Positions 49,350 through 62,118 of a stretch of 64,000 nucleotides of DNA are shown in pieces. The translations under genes and the position numbers were made by a program. The stretch comes from Asterias rubens (Eukaryota). The DNA is taken from positions 19,902,001 through 19,966,000 of the forward strand of contig NC_047069.1 of the NCBI RefSeq assembly GCF_902459465.1, written 5' to 3'. Below the pieces are notes generated by a model. The model was not told the origin of the DNA. It saw only the letters and a list, made by a program, of their open reading frames with translations, and ran no database searches. The stretch's first letter is position 1. Every line of letters starts with the position of its first letter.

Positions 49350-52269
49350 TAATCTATGATTTTTTTAAACTAATAAATCAGTATTCAATAAAACAAACCG
49401 GCAACAAACCCCCAAATCAAACCCTGAAATCCCCAAACACAAACCAAAAGGATTCTATTCTACGATTTTCTCAGAATTTCTTATCAACTATGAAAACAAA
49501 GTGCCAATAAAAAAGTACTGCGCGAACACTTCAATCGAGAGCTTCCCACGAAAGCTAATGTACCGTTGGCACTCATAACGTACTTGGAACCCGATCAACA
49601 ACAACTTATGATATAATGTCATTCATAAGTAATGCTTAATAGCTTGTCGCACACATTGGATGGAACGTTTACATCGTTCCAGATTCACTTTTTAATGTAT
49701 TTTTTTCTACAAGTTCAATTAGTTTGAGATTTGTTTTTCCCCCAAGGATAAATGAAAATTTGGTTCTGTTCTGTAATCATGACCAAGAGGTGACATCATG
49801 ACCTAATTTTAAGATGGTTTGCGGGACGGGGATCTCGTGTCCAAAAAAATGAGCAGGATACCAGTCACAGGTGTGAAAGTAGCAACATGTTTTATGGTTG
49901 GTAACTTTTAAAGATAAGTTGTTTGGTGCGGGTAATAGTGGTTCATTCTACTTTTGCATTCCCTGACCGACATAGCCGGGTTTTTTTTCGTTTTTTTTTT
50001 TTTCATTTTGGTTCGTCTTCGGTTTAGTTGTATTAATGTTGTCTTGGCCCGTTTAAGTTTAAGTTGTTAATAGGTGTATTGCTTATGCTTACTTTTATGT
50101 TATTTTGTACATATTTATTATTTTGTGCTTTTATACATATTTTTGTACATTTTGTGTTGTTATGGTCAAATAAATAATAATAATAGCTTTAATAATCTAA
50201 GCATTTATGTAGCATTCTTACACACAAATACCACAACGCTTTACCACAATTATCACAAGCAATACAAAAATAACAATTAACAAATTAACAAAGGAATGAG
50301 AATGAAATTAAGAGCCTAATAAGCAAAATAAGTCTAAAAAAGGGTGAGTTTTCAGTGGTATTTGAAATCAGAAAGTAAAATAGCATAACTTGCTTAGCAC
50401 AGAAAAAAAGTGTTGCTTAACAGAAACAGGTTACAAGCCAAAATGTTATTAAGTTTCGCTGATGTGACTGGTGCCCCACTCAAATTTTCCTTCCAATTTT
50501 TTTTTTTAGTAAAGCAGTTATTTTTTTCTGCTTTAATTACAGCTTTTTGAAAATGGGACCTAGTGGCAATTATACTTGGTTTGACGTTTTCTGTTTTAAC
50601 TACATTTGAAGGTTAATTGAATTAGTAGATCTGTAGATTAAAGACCCTGTACATTGTCAAAGACCAATCTTCTCACTTGGTGTCTGTAATTGTATTTTTT
50701 AACGTTTTTTAACAAAAGGGCATTTATGAATGGGAATAAAAGAGTAGTGACTCGTTCTTTCACATCCGTTTAAAACCGTGCAGGGTCGTTGCCGTGCGAT
50801 AAATGTCTTCGCCTTCGGCTCGGGCCTTTATCGCACGGCAATTCGACCCTGCTGGCTTTAAACGGCCGTGTAAGAACTCGTCGCTGCCCTTTCATTCCCT
50901 TAATCATTGAGAAAAAGAGAAGAGAGACATTGAACCGAGCAAATATTCCGAATCTTGTGTGTTTCGTAATCCAAGAAATAAGACCATTCTTCACGCGTTT
51001 GTTGAACACGTGGGAAAACCCTACATGCTACATGCGGTGAAAGTAACAACAAACTACATAATAGAAACATTTTAAATATTGACTTGGTTTAATGACACCG
51101 GAAAGAATTACCCAAATCTTCATCACTAAGGTGGCTTTATCTCTAAGGATTTAGCGACAATCGCGTGAAGATGAGAGACCCACACAGAGATGAATTATTT
51201 ATTAAGGGGTAGTTTGTTTACACCAACCTGACGTTGAGCACAGCATGCTTCATCGGGTGCAACATTTGACAATTGCGGGTGTAGTTCTCAGGATATGTGT
51301 GTATGTCAATCCTCCACCGCCAACCCCCCCCCCCCCCACCCACCTCCCCCCCCAAAAAAAAAAAAAAAAAAATATATATATATAATCTATGATTTTTTTA
51401 AACTAATAAATCAGTATTCAATAAAACAAACCGGCAACAAACCCCCAAATCAAACCCTGAAATCCCCAAACACAAACCAAAAGGATTCTATTCTACGATT
51501 TTCTCAGAATTTCTAATCAACTATGAAAACAAAGTGCCAATAAAAAAGTACTGCGCGAACACTTCAATCGAGAGCTTCCCACGAAAGCTAATGTACCGTT
51601 GGCACTCATAACGTACTTGGAACCCGATCAACAACAACTTATGATATAATGTCATTCATAAGTAATGCTTAATAGCTTGTCGCACACATTGGATGGAACG
51701 TTTACATTGTTCCAGATTCACTTTTTAATGTATTTTTTTCTACAAGGTTCGACGACCTGGGACCAATATACATGGAAATGTTGTTGGTATTCCTGTTTTT
51801 ATCAAGGAAGAAATTTCATGCTGAGCAAATTTTTGTGCTGAGCAGCTCTAGCAGCTTAGCAAGTTGTTCTTTTCATGAGCTTCTTGTTTTAATTTTTGGT
51901 TTACTTTCTTGTGCCTAAAGTATTTTTTTATCAAGGCTACTGCTTCACAATTTACAATTTCACTATTTAAAAAAACAATTGTTTTATTTATTGTAAATCT
52001 TTGCTCTTATCTCCTAAACAATATTGTGTAACTGTTTTTTCTTTTTAAATTTTATATTCTTTGTATATTTTCTTGTTATTCGACCCTTGGTCGCCTTGGG
52101 ATTTTTTTTTAAAAGAATAAACCATTAATTAGTGAATGAATGAACGAATGAATGAATGAAAAGAACACAACTTGTAAAAAAAAACACTATTACCCAGTCA
52201 TTATCAATGATGAAATAAAGATTATCAAAAAGATGTCAAAATAAATGCGTTCATTCTTTCTATCATTAT

Positions 52270-53150
52270 TGAGGTATAACGGTGCATTTAGATTCTAAAG
52301 ATTGTCCAATCGGAACGTTCGCATTTCCGGATAAAACACAAAACCCTTCAAGGTACGAGACTTTGAGGTTCGAGCTTCCTGAACCTCCCCTCCACCCCCG
52401 GGTCTCAAGAGGGTACCGTCCCCAGTCGGATAAGTTAACCTTCACCTCTCCGTAGAAACTAAAACACAAGCAAAAACAAGCAAAAACACCCCCTCACAAC
52501 TTGTACCGAGAAATGACGAGTAAAAGTGCATAAGATTTGACTGATATACTGTCCTTATCGAGTTTTTCCGAATAGATGTTTTCCTACATCAGGGAAAGGG
52601 GGGATTGCAGCCATTTTGTATCAGTTTGTATAACCATGCAGCCTGGATTGCCTTGTTATTGTCGTCATATTCTATGTAGCCCCAGGCTTCTGGATCGTCG
52701 TAGAGTGACTACAATCTCGTTTCTAAATGGACATTTTGTCTCGCAAGGATCCGCTAGTTGTTTTTCGTTCTCAACTGCTTGAAAAAAGTCTTCATAATGT
52801 CTTGAAAAAAGGAGAAGAAAAGGAAGAATGAGGAGGGAAAAAACGCACCACGGAGACATCTTAGACCAAGCGAGACAGTGAGCGGAACGTCCGATGGGGG
52901 TTAGATCTTAGTTGATTCTCCCCTATGGTTCGACAACAAAATAATTCACTGTTACAGGACAAGAAGAAAAGATGAAAGCCTTTTCAGATTCTTTGGCAAC
53001 TAAAGTAGTATGGAGAAAAGACAAATTCTGTTATGCTTGCGATTTCGACAGGATGTTTTTAACAAAGCAACACCTTTGGGACAAGAAAATCGGGAGAAGT
53101 TCGTCTCCAAAGTACATCTCAAAGTGCACCATCCATTATTGCGCATTGTC
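52270..53150 (-). pseudogene. Decayed L1/Tx1-type LINE ORF2 segment downstream of RT
   Basis: Across frameshifts it reads KNILSKSQA*QNLSFL..LVAK, LGL..., NKAIQAAWLYKLIQ, FYGEV...W and GNANVPIG. This follows the Tx1 pattern LS..GR..V.K / GGLGL / NKA..AKW.W.L / FY.E...W / GNP.I. Confidence 0.65.
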
Positions 53151-54227
53151 GGCGTTTTCTCTGTTGGGTAAAAAAAAAATATTGTTGTTTTACACACATA
53201 ATTCCAGCAAGAAAAGGAAAGAGTTCGTTGACTAACTATGTCTGAGGTATTCTTCAGAAAATAAGCGGAAACTCGGAAGTTATGTCGAGGGTATCGGTAC
53301 TAAACTAACACACCTCGATGGAAAGACAGCGACCACATTATCAAAAGAGTTGTCATGGTATCCTAAGATAATAGTGAAAACTATGGTCCAATTACATAGA
53401 GTAGCTTAGACAAAAAACATTGCTTAAACAGTATCTGCGAAGTAGAAATGAGCAGGATGTATTATTTTATACATTACACGTGACATGGTATATAGTTTGG
53501 AGCACAATTTGGCATGCACTTGTAGCTACTTTTGTGCTTTATGAACCAGTTGCAAATGTGTGTATTTGCGTATAAGGACCACGTTGCCCTGGATCGGACG
53601 AGTTGGTCTATAAAAAGCGTTTGAAACCGTTTGTTATGAAATGCAAGTATCACTCAAAATTGCATGGTTTCCCTTTTATGTCGCGAACTAACACGATCGG
53701 CTATTTATGGGAAACAACAATTTGACTCCCATAAATGGCAGACCATGTTAGTCGACGAGGTAAAAAGAAAACCACGCAATTTCGAGGCATATTTATGTAT
53801 ATCATTGTATTGTACTTTCATAACGTCTTTCTACCCATATGCATTTTATAACAAACGGTTACAGAACGCTTGTCAAAGACTCGACCGATCCAAAGCAACA
53901 TGATCCTTCAAACCAGACAATGTTTGTTCATGATTTCACATTAATGGTTTTTACGATATGCAAATTTCGGTCGTTTTTTTTTTTTAGATGACTACTTCCG
54001 AAAAAATTATTCAGCATTAATTTTTCAATTCAGACTAATAAAAGAAAGTATACCAACAACGTAACAATCTGCAGAATAGTCAACGTTTCTAACTAAAACC
54101 GAAGTTAATAATCAATTTGGGTTGGCTCATTAACAGTTCCGATTTTGCAGAGTGTGTAGAAACAAAAATCCGTCTATAATGAGAACAAGAAATCTGACTG
54201 CCATATCCTTAAACAACCATTGCTTAA

Positions 54228-54589
54228 AGCCATTGGACCCTTTCGGTTCAGAAAAAAAAAAGGTCACTGATTTACAAATAACTTACAGGGTTTACAGAAG
54301 GCAATGGTGAAAGACTTCTCTTGAAATATTATTCCATGAAATGCTTTATTTTTTGAGAAAACAGCAAAACAATATAAATTCTCGTTAACGAGAATTACGG
54401 ATTTATTTTAAACACATGTCATGACACGGCGAAACGCGCGGAAACAAGGGTGGGATTTTCCGTTGTTTTCTCCCGACTCCGATGACCGATTGAGCCTAAA
54501 TTTTCACAGGTTTGTTATTTGATATAGAAGTTGTGGTACACAAAGTGTGGGCCTTGGACAACACTGTTTACCGAAAGGGTCCAATGGCT
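54228..54589 (+). mobile_element. Full-length family-B T2/Kolobok-like MITE
   Basis: TTAA at 54224-54227 and 54590-54593; TIR AGCCATTGGACCCTTTCGGT / ACCGAAAGGGTCCAATGGCT is perfect; internal palindrome at 54377-54396. Confidence 0.92.
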
Positions 54590-54617
54590 TTAAACTAATT
54601 GCAGCAATAACAATGAA

Positions 54618-54764
54618 GGCCGGTTTATAGTCGGTCGCGCGATGGTCGCGCGATGGAAATCTTGCGCGCAATCCTAAGACTGAGGCCTGAAAACTGTGTC
54701 TTTATATGATCGCGCGTCAAGATTTCCATCGCGCGACCTTCGCGCGACCGCCTGTAAACCGGCC
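54618..54764. mobile_element. 147-bp foldback MITE rich in CGCGCG
   Basis: GGCCGGTTTATAG.CGGTCGCGCGATGGTCGCGCGATGGAAATCTTG is mirrored at the right end. Confidence 0.85.
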
Positions 54765-54993
54765 AGTAGCATTTCAGCGGCTAAACACTAACAATTTCTC
54801 TGCTTTTTTGACTCCATAGTTGAAAATAATGATTTGCAATGATTTAAATTCGCACAGCATTCCCAACTAAACATTCCCAACTAAACATCTGTTTGTAAGA
54901 CTCCAGATTTGACAAATTAATTTGAATAAGTTGAACGCACACAACGACTAAACATTAACAATTATTATGTTTGCACGCACAAAGCTGACTTAA

Positions 54994-55373
54994 AGACAGT
55001 GGACACTATTGGTAACTGTCAAAGACCAGTCTTCTCACTTGGTGTATCTGAACATGTGCATAAAATCACAAACCTGTGAAAATTTTAGCCCAATTGGTTG
55101 TCGAAGTTGCGAGATATTAATGAAAGAAAAAACACCCTTGTCGCACCATGGTCACACGAAGTTGTTTGCTTTCAGTGATGCTTGATTTCGAGACCTCTAA
55201 TTCTAAATCTGAGGTCTCGAAATCAAGTTTGTGAAAATTATTTCTTTCTCGAAAACTACGTCACTTCAGTCGGAGCCGTTTCTCACAATGTTTTATACTA
55301 TCAACCTCTCGCCATTACTCATTACCAAGTTACCAAGATTATTTTGAGTAATTACCCATAGTGTCCACTGCCT
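54994..55373 (-). mobile_element. Full-length family-A MITE
   Basis: TTAA at 54990-54993 and 55374-55377. Confidence 0.9.
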
Positions 55374-56189
55374 TTAAAACAAACAAATTCTCTGTTTGTA
55401 TGACACTCTAAAAACAGTGTTTAGATCTCCAACACATTTTTAAGCATAAGTTGTGTACCCACTTTGTCCACACCGAAACGCATCTAGATTCTTGTGTGTG
55501 TGTTTGAATCCTACAAACCAGGTTAGCAGGAGTCAGAATGATGTTTATAAACATATTTAAAAATTGAGTACAACATGTGTTTAAAATCTAACAGTGCGGA
55601 ATTGAAGAAAAATGCACTGATGTGATTGCGCACATTTCCTGACTAAACGTTTCCTAAAAAAAAAAAAATACGGATTTTATTATCTTAAAAATAGCATAAA
55701 AGGATCTTGCTTTGCATAATTTAATGGCGAAGAGAGGATGTGACTCTTTTGACTCTTTCAAAACAATGAGATGTTTGTCCATTCACTTCTGTAAATAAAA
55801 CACGTAGGAAACGCATATTGTTCCCATGGGTCTATCATAGACCGCTAAGTGCATTCGCGATTCAGACGAACTCCAAAGAAACATTTCCTATTGTACGTTT
55901 TAAAAATATTCTAACAGGAAAATCTCGTTTTCCTAGATTCAAAATTCCTCAAAAAATTATTCTCTCCTTCTGAAGAACCAGGCTCCACATTTTTATTGAC
56001 TTTTTCGTTATTCTTATTCATTTTTTATATACAATAATTGATTTTGTATTCCCGCTTTCCAGAAAATGAAACAAATTAAATTTGCAATCGAAAGGGGGTA
56101 AAAATAAGTCCCTAGAGATTTCAAGGAATGGTAACCTGACATCGCGACAAGGCCCCGATAGTCTCCTTAAAATGAAAAACCTAAAAACC

Positions 56190-56270
56190 GTTGTCATGGA
56201 AATGATTTAAGGGTGTAGGTGGCGTTGCTAGGAGTAACCGTTTGACGTCATCAGCCTCGCACCAGGCAAC
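56190..56270. promoter_or_regulatory. Putative RFX X-box plus CRE cluster
   Basis: GTTGTCATGGAAAT (56190-56203), GTTGCTAGGAGTAAC (56224-56238), TGACGTCA (56243-56250) and a half-site GGCAAC (56265-56270), in CpG-rich sequence. Confidence 0.45.
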
Positions 56271-57817
56271 GGCACGGCCGCGGCTTTATCACAATACTAC
56301 TCCAATAAAAGAAGGATGATTCAATATATACGGGGCTTCGGTTTTTTATGTTGGGCAAATTTTGATACAAAAAAATCAAAAGCCGTTTGGGAAATTTGAT
56401 CTAGAGATCGGAAACTCAAGGCAATGCCTCCTGAGGAATCATAATGTAATTTTTGTTCTTCTATTACTCTCGCTCTTTTTTTTTTAATACCATGAACGGA
56501 TGCCGGGCTGTCATTTATTTCTCAAAGGCTTCAAAATTAATCATTACATTCTGTTGTATTCAAGAAAAGGTGTCGAGAGAAATTCTAGTCTATTCTGGTA
56601 TTGCCAAAAGGTGGCGAAGTTCTAAAAATGATTACAAATCGATAAATTAATTGATTGAAATGTCGTTCTCTGAATGCGATTAGTGATGCTGTAAACCATT
56701 TATTTGGGGCTGCCATCAACACAGAAACTCATGCTGGCCACAAAAGACAACCAGTGTTGAAACTTTCTATTTGAAGAACCTCCTTATATGGTCATGAACA
56801 TCTTTGTTTATCCTTCCCGCCATACAGTTTGATAATTATGTATCATCATAAAGAAAAGATCATCAACTATACGGAAGTATTTCTGTATTATGATATTCAC
56901 ATCAAATGAACTCGACAAACTCCCCCAAAGGAGTGTGTAACATTGCAATGTCAACATTATTCATTGTCTTTTTGTTCAAGGGATGAACATTAGACGAAGA
57001 AAGCTAAGAGAAAACGATGCGGATGTCCGCAGTCCGCATATGACTCTACCATAATAAGAATCCAGCATTCATTTTCAGCTCAATTCCATGCCTATCAAAA
57101 AACAGGGTTGTGGGCGTTTTGTTTGAAAAATTCTTGTCCAGAATGAGAAAAAGTACCCAATTGAAATATACAAAATCAACAATAATGCGTGTATTATGAC
57201 TGCGTAAAACTATAAGGAACATTAACGCAGGCCTTCAAATGTATATAGTTTTTGTTTTGAAACTACGGCTTGGTTTGGGCATGGGCGTCTTTATGCACCA
57301 GTAGTTATTTCGAAATCGTGTGCACTCCTTTCAAACGAGCCCAAGCCAGAGCCTAGGACCAATCCATAGTTTCGAAAAGGGCCATAGCGCACCCAGCCGC
57401 GGGGACGGGGTGTTTTGGGGTGGGTCAAGGGCCGGTGAAAACGCCCGTACAAGTCTGATGATTTTCTGTGCAATGCTTTCAGGTCCCTTTTTTATAAATA
57501 AATGTTATTTAATTGACCGCTGGAAGACTGGTAAATGATAACACAAGTTGTAAACATTGTAAACTATTGTGATAGTTTCCCTTTTACAAACTTAATGCAA
57601 AAACCATCTGCAATCTCCCCCCACCCGGTCTTCAAAGTTGTCTTCAAAACAGTTTCTTATGACAGTCTGAGCAGGCTCGTCTGTATTTGATTTGGTGTTC
57701 GTCTCGCATTGTTGAGACACAGATGCTGGAGATTTCACAAGGGAGCTCAAATCCTAACCCGGACCTTTTCAAAGGGAAAAGGTTTACCGCTGTTCGTTCT
57801 GCAAAGTAAATGTTTAC

Positions 57818-58317
57818 AGGCAGTGGACACGTTTGGTAATAACTCAAAACATTACTTGGAAACGATCAACGGACAGATGTATAAAGCATTGTGGAGTAAG
57901 TTTTAAAAAAAAACAGGTAATTTCTCACTAAAAAATTTGATTCTGAGAAAGACTTCGGGCACGAGGCCTTTCTCAGGCATCTGAAAACCCACATTTGTTA
58001 CTATTTTTTTTAATCTATCATTTCTTGCAACAACGATGACCAACTGAGCATTTTTGTGCGTATGTTTGGATACACCAAGTGAGAATATTGGGGTGGATTT
58101 CACAACTTGAGAGTCTAATCTCGAGTAAGAACGCGATACCCGTCCTATACTCAGGACTAGTCTTAAGTTTGTAACAACTCCTTATGAGCACAAGGACTAG
58201 TCTTAAGTTTGTAACAACTCCTTATGAGCACAAGGACTAGTCTTAAGTTTGTAACAACTCCTTATGAGCACAAGGACTAGTCTTTAGTTGAGACTATCTC
58301 TGTGAAATCGACCCCTG
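57818..58317 (+). mobile_element. Family-A-related MITE (57818-58090) interrupted by a family-G Harbinger-like MITE (58091-58314)
   Basis: GGGTGGATTTCAC...GTGAAATCGACCC is flanked by TTG and CTG at the consensus AATACTGGTC site. Confidence 0.75.
58153..58284. repeat. Perfect 40-bp tandem repeat, 3.3 copies
   Basis: AGGACTAGTCTTAAGTTTGTAACAACTCCTTATGAGCACA starts at 58153, 58193 and 58233, with a partial copy at 58273. Confidence 0.97.
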
Positions 58318-59406
58318 GTCCTAACTTAGGGTGGGTTCAATGCGTCCTAACTACTGTGGTCAAGGAACCAAACTCATCCCAAGTCCTTAGATTACTCTAA
58401 AAATACTTAAGACAAAAACACTAGTTAATCCTAATGAGACATGATTTTGAGTTTAGTCAAAATCATGTCTTGTATGAGTTGTGTTGTTTTGACTATAAGT
58501 TATGTTGTTTGTGATCCTAAGTTCGGAAGAGTTTGGTGAACTCGACGGCAGTACCTTCAACCTCAACCATGGAGATAGACATTCTACCTCCATGGAGGTA
58601 GACATTCTACCGCCATGCTTCATCGGTGCACCTTGTGTTACCAACATATAGTAGAGTCTGAACAGTTAGACGTGAAGCTGCAAACATACAAACTGATTGG
58701 AGACCACACGCTGCTACCAGACTTCTGGCCTCTCATGTTTCCAAGCTATACCAATGATGCACTGTTTTTCTCCATGGATAAAATTGGGATTTATTTGCCA
58801 CTGAGCTCAGTGTGGAGCCGATTAGACACTGACGCCATTAAAGTCTATTTTTACCTCCAGACGATCCAAAAATAAAAAGCTGCGGGTTCAATCAAAGAGT
58901 GATTAGTCAACGCTGAAATATTTATGACATCTTTAGTCTTCGATTGGAATTGAGTTCGGTTAGGACAAGACTGTGAGAGGGCAAAAAACTGCGGGGTTCG
59001 TTCATGTTTATTAACGGCACAACTAATAGTTTTTTTTTAAATCACAGCTAGAAATGCAATTATGAAATAATCGCATTTGCAGATTATATTGGAGGGCGAT
59101 TTAATTATTGTCTTCAAACTGGCGTTGTATTTCTGGAGACGTTTTTAGTTAATTAATTTCTTCGTGTTGGTAATTATTGTAGGGATTAATGGTCTGGGCA
59201 ATAACTACACTCTCAGGATGATCTAAAAATAAACAGAGTGCGGCTATCTATAGACGGTTTTAATTCTGAATTGAAGGAGGCTTGGTTGTGTAAACCAATA
59301 TGGGTAGTCTCTCAACAACACGTTCGCGCTCTTTGGACCCGCACACGTGCTCAGTTTACACAATGTGTTGCTTTGAGACATGGCCCGTTTTCATAGAGCT
59401 GCTTAA

Positions 59407-59774
59407 AGACACATTGATAATTGTCAAAGACCAGTCTTCACACTTGCTGTATGAAGACATAGGCATGAAATAACAAACCTGTGAAGTTCGAGCTCGATCG
59501 GTCATCGAAGTTGCGACAATGAAAGAAAAAACACCCTTGTCACACGAAGTTGTGTGCTTTCAGATAGCTTGATATCTAGACCTCAAATTGTAAATTTGGA
59601 GGTCTCGAAATCAAATTCGTGGAAAATTACTTCTTTCTCGAAAACTACTCCACTTCAGAGGGAGCCGTTTCTCACAATGTTGTTATACTAACAACCTCTC
59701 CCCATTACTCGTCACCAAGTAAGGTTTTTGTGCTAATGAATATTTTGAGTAATTACCAATAGTGTCCACTGCTT
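59407..59774 (-). mobile_element. Family-A MITE nested in the TTAA of a Harbinger-like MITE terminus
   Basis: GGCCCGTTTTCATAGAGCTGC-TTAA (59403-59406) ... TTAA (59775-59778), after which the host-like sequence resumes. Confidence 0.88.
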
Positions 59775-61235
59775 TTAAGAACAATAACAAAAAGTAGCTC
59801 AGCTACAGATTGCTTACCAGGTTACGGTTACAAGCCAGGCGACCAATGTGTCGTGTGTCTACTTTTTGTCTACACTTTTTTGTTTACTGTTTGGAACCGT
59901 TTGATGATTTACAAACCTTTAAAACGTAGATTAAAAAAACCTAACATTTCAGTTACAAAGGTGGTCGCCGTTAATGATGATGTCAACGCACGAATAATAA
60001 TTCCAAATATGAGTACACACTCTCAGATTTATATTTTGGGCCATAAGAACTGATATAAAAAACAACAACTTCGAAGTCAAATGTTTCTTAAAATGCTTTA
60101 TACTATACTATCGGAAGCTGATGTAGGCTTCTATAACCAAATATTTGCAATATTTATTGTCATTAATTTTAATAGTGATATCAAATCCACGTCCGGATTC
60201 CGAATCGGGTGATTCCACATGACAATGTACAAATTGACAATGTAATGACCTTTGCTTTACCCCTTAAAGCAATAAGTTCGATAACCAGCTTTTTTGGCGG
60301 GGATAATTAATCTGTTATTGGTTCATCCAAGTTTTATGAATATTATTCAGATATGCAAATTTAAGCGAATGTGGAGTATCATTATATATAGTGACGTTCA
60401 TTTTAAAATTCTGACGGAACAGGCACTGCGCACCACGTAGGCCTACACCAGCCGTTGTTCGTATAGTGTACCATGTGAAGGCCAACACTAAGGTGGCCCT
60501 GAAGGGACACCAAACATACAGATTGACGCCATGTATTCGTGGCAAAACTCACGACTTGTGCTTCAGGTCGTGAATATTAATGCCAATATTTATGAAAAAA
60601 TTCAGACTTCTAGCCGGCAAGATACGTCAATTTGGTAAGAAAGGCGTGAATTAGCGACTCGATTATGGCCGGTGTCTCAGGGAAATTCATCCGCCGGAGA
60701 TTAGCATCTGCTGGAGGAGGGTGATTCAAAAAGGGGTTGCTTTCAGAGGTTTGTCCACATTTTGTCGTAGGGGAGGGGGGGGGCACTGAATCTCCGGTGA
60801 AAGAATCTCTTGCAACACCGAGACGGTAAAGGTGTTGCATCCATTGGGCAATGCCTTCTGTGAAGGTGAAGTCTCATGAGTTAATGTGCGCATGTGTATT
60901 CCACCTCGCTGATTCTTACACCAGCAGAGGCGGGAGAACCGTTGGCCAGTCTCACAGCGGCTACCGCAGCCGTGCTGATTGGTAGACGTAGCCACAGCTA
61001 GCCATAACAACATCCCAACACAGCCATTCGGGCGCTGCTCACATGTTGCTCAGGTATAATTACATTTGTGATTCCAAATCGGCAGGATGTGTATCTTTAC
61101 CGTTTTTTGTAGCACTGTCATCATCAAAACGAATGACAAGGGACCAAAGAAACAACGTCAGCGTTCCTGCTATCACACAAGGAAAATCGTCCTTCCTCGA
61201 CGCTGGGTCGGAAATATTTTGTTTGGCTGCACAAA

Positions 61236-61391
61236 GCCCGGTTCATACTTCCTGTGAATCCAAAATGCGAAGATCATTTTGACGTCACAGGGCTGCCCCC
61301 GCAGCAAATGTTTCGCAGGAGAAGAGTACAGTTCAACCATTGCGTATTTTTTGTTGTGGATTTTTGACGTCAAAATTCGTATGAACCGGGC
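61236..61391. mobile_element. 156-bp MITE with GCCCGGTTCATAC TIRs and two TGACGTCA motifs; degenerate copy at 37665-37811 (-)
   Basis: Perfect 13-bp inverted termini; the body is shared with the 37.7-kb copy. Confidence 0.8.
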
Positions 61392-61789
61392 GTTCTTTGG
61401 GCGACTGTGGGCAATAACCCACGGTCCGCGGTTGGACCGACGAGCCAACGGAAGAGGGGTGATCTTGAACCGCATCTTAGGGGACTGCGATTCGGATCCA
61501 CAGTCAGTCCTCCCTTTTATCAGTCTCTTTAGACTGACCATGACTCAGTCAGAAGCCGTCAGCCGGTAGCCGCAATATATTCGCCCACACCCAAGCGGAA
61601 GTGCTTTGTATACTGATGGCACACAAAGTGACATTGAGTGGTTGATTATGTGTCATTGTACACCCCCCTATTGTGAGATCACTTTCGGTACCTTTATTTG
61701 GAGACCGAGGACAAAACAACAAATGAAAACGAAACGACTCCATAGAGAAATCTACAGGTGGTGCTCTATAAGAAAAGTTTTGGTAACTA

Positions 61790-62118
61790 CACGTTATTGG
61801 TAACTATAGATTAGCATACAAACTAATTTGGTATCGAGCAACGGAGAGCTGTTTAGTATAACACATTGTGAGAAACGACTCCCTCTGAAGTAACGCAATT
61901 TTCGAGAGAGAATTGTAATATTCCAAACAACAAATTAATTTGATTGCGAGATCCCGGAATTCGTTATGAGGTCTTGAAATCAAGCAATTCTGAAAAACAT
62001 TATTATCTCCCAACTATGACGTTTCATATTTTCACAGGTTTGTTATATTATGCATATGTTGAGATACACCCAAGTGAGTAGACGGGTCTTTGACAATTAC
62101 CAATAGTGTCCAGTGCCT
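61790..62118 (+). mobile_element. Degenerate family-A MITE
   Basis: Consensus blocks are present and it ends CAATAGTGTCCAGTGCCT-TTAA. Confidence 0.8.

Larger units (their letters stand above)
47676..51746 (+). repeat. Direct tandem duplication of ~2.04 kb (47676-49713 and 49714-51746)
   Basis: The copies are nearly identical and differ by scattered SNPs and homopolymer indels. ORF-track entries are duplicated with an offset of about 2035. Confidence 0.97.

Noticed and set aside
52266-52860. Host exons (C2-domain-like FYGEVKVNLSDW; strong polypyrimidine acceptors)
   Set aside because: Neighbouring frames give ordered Tx1/L1 ORF2 motifs with stops and frameshifts, so a decayed LINE explains them better.
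58153-58284. CRISPR array
   Set aside because: The units are contiguous with no spacers, lie inside a MITE, and have no cas genes nearby in this eukaryotic context.
58615-58875. 86-aa ORF as a gene
   Set aside because: It has no recognisable domain and no convincing splice sites, and it adjoins repeat debris.
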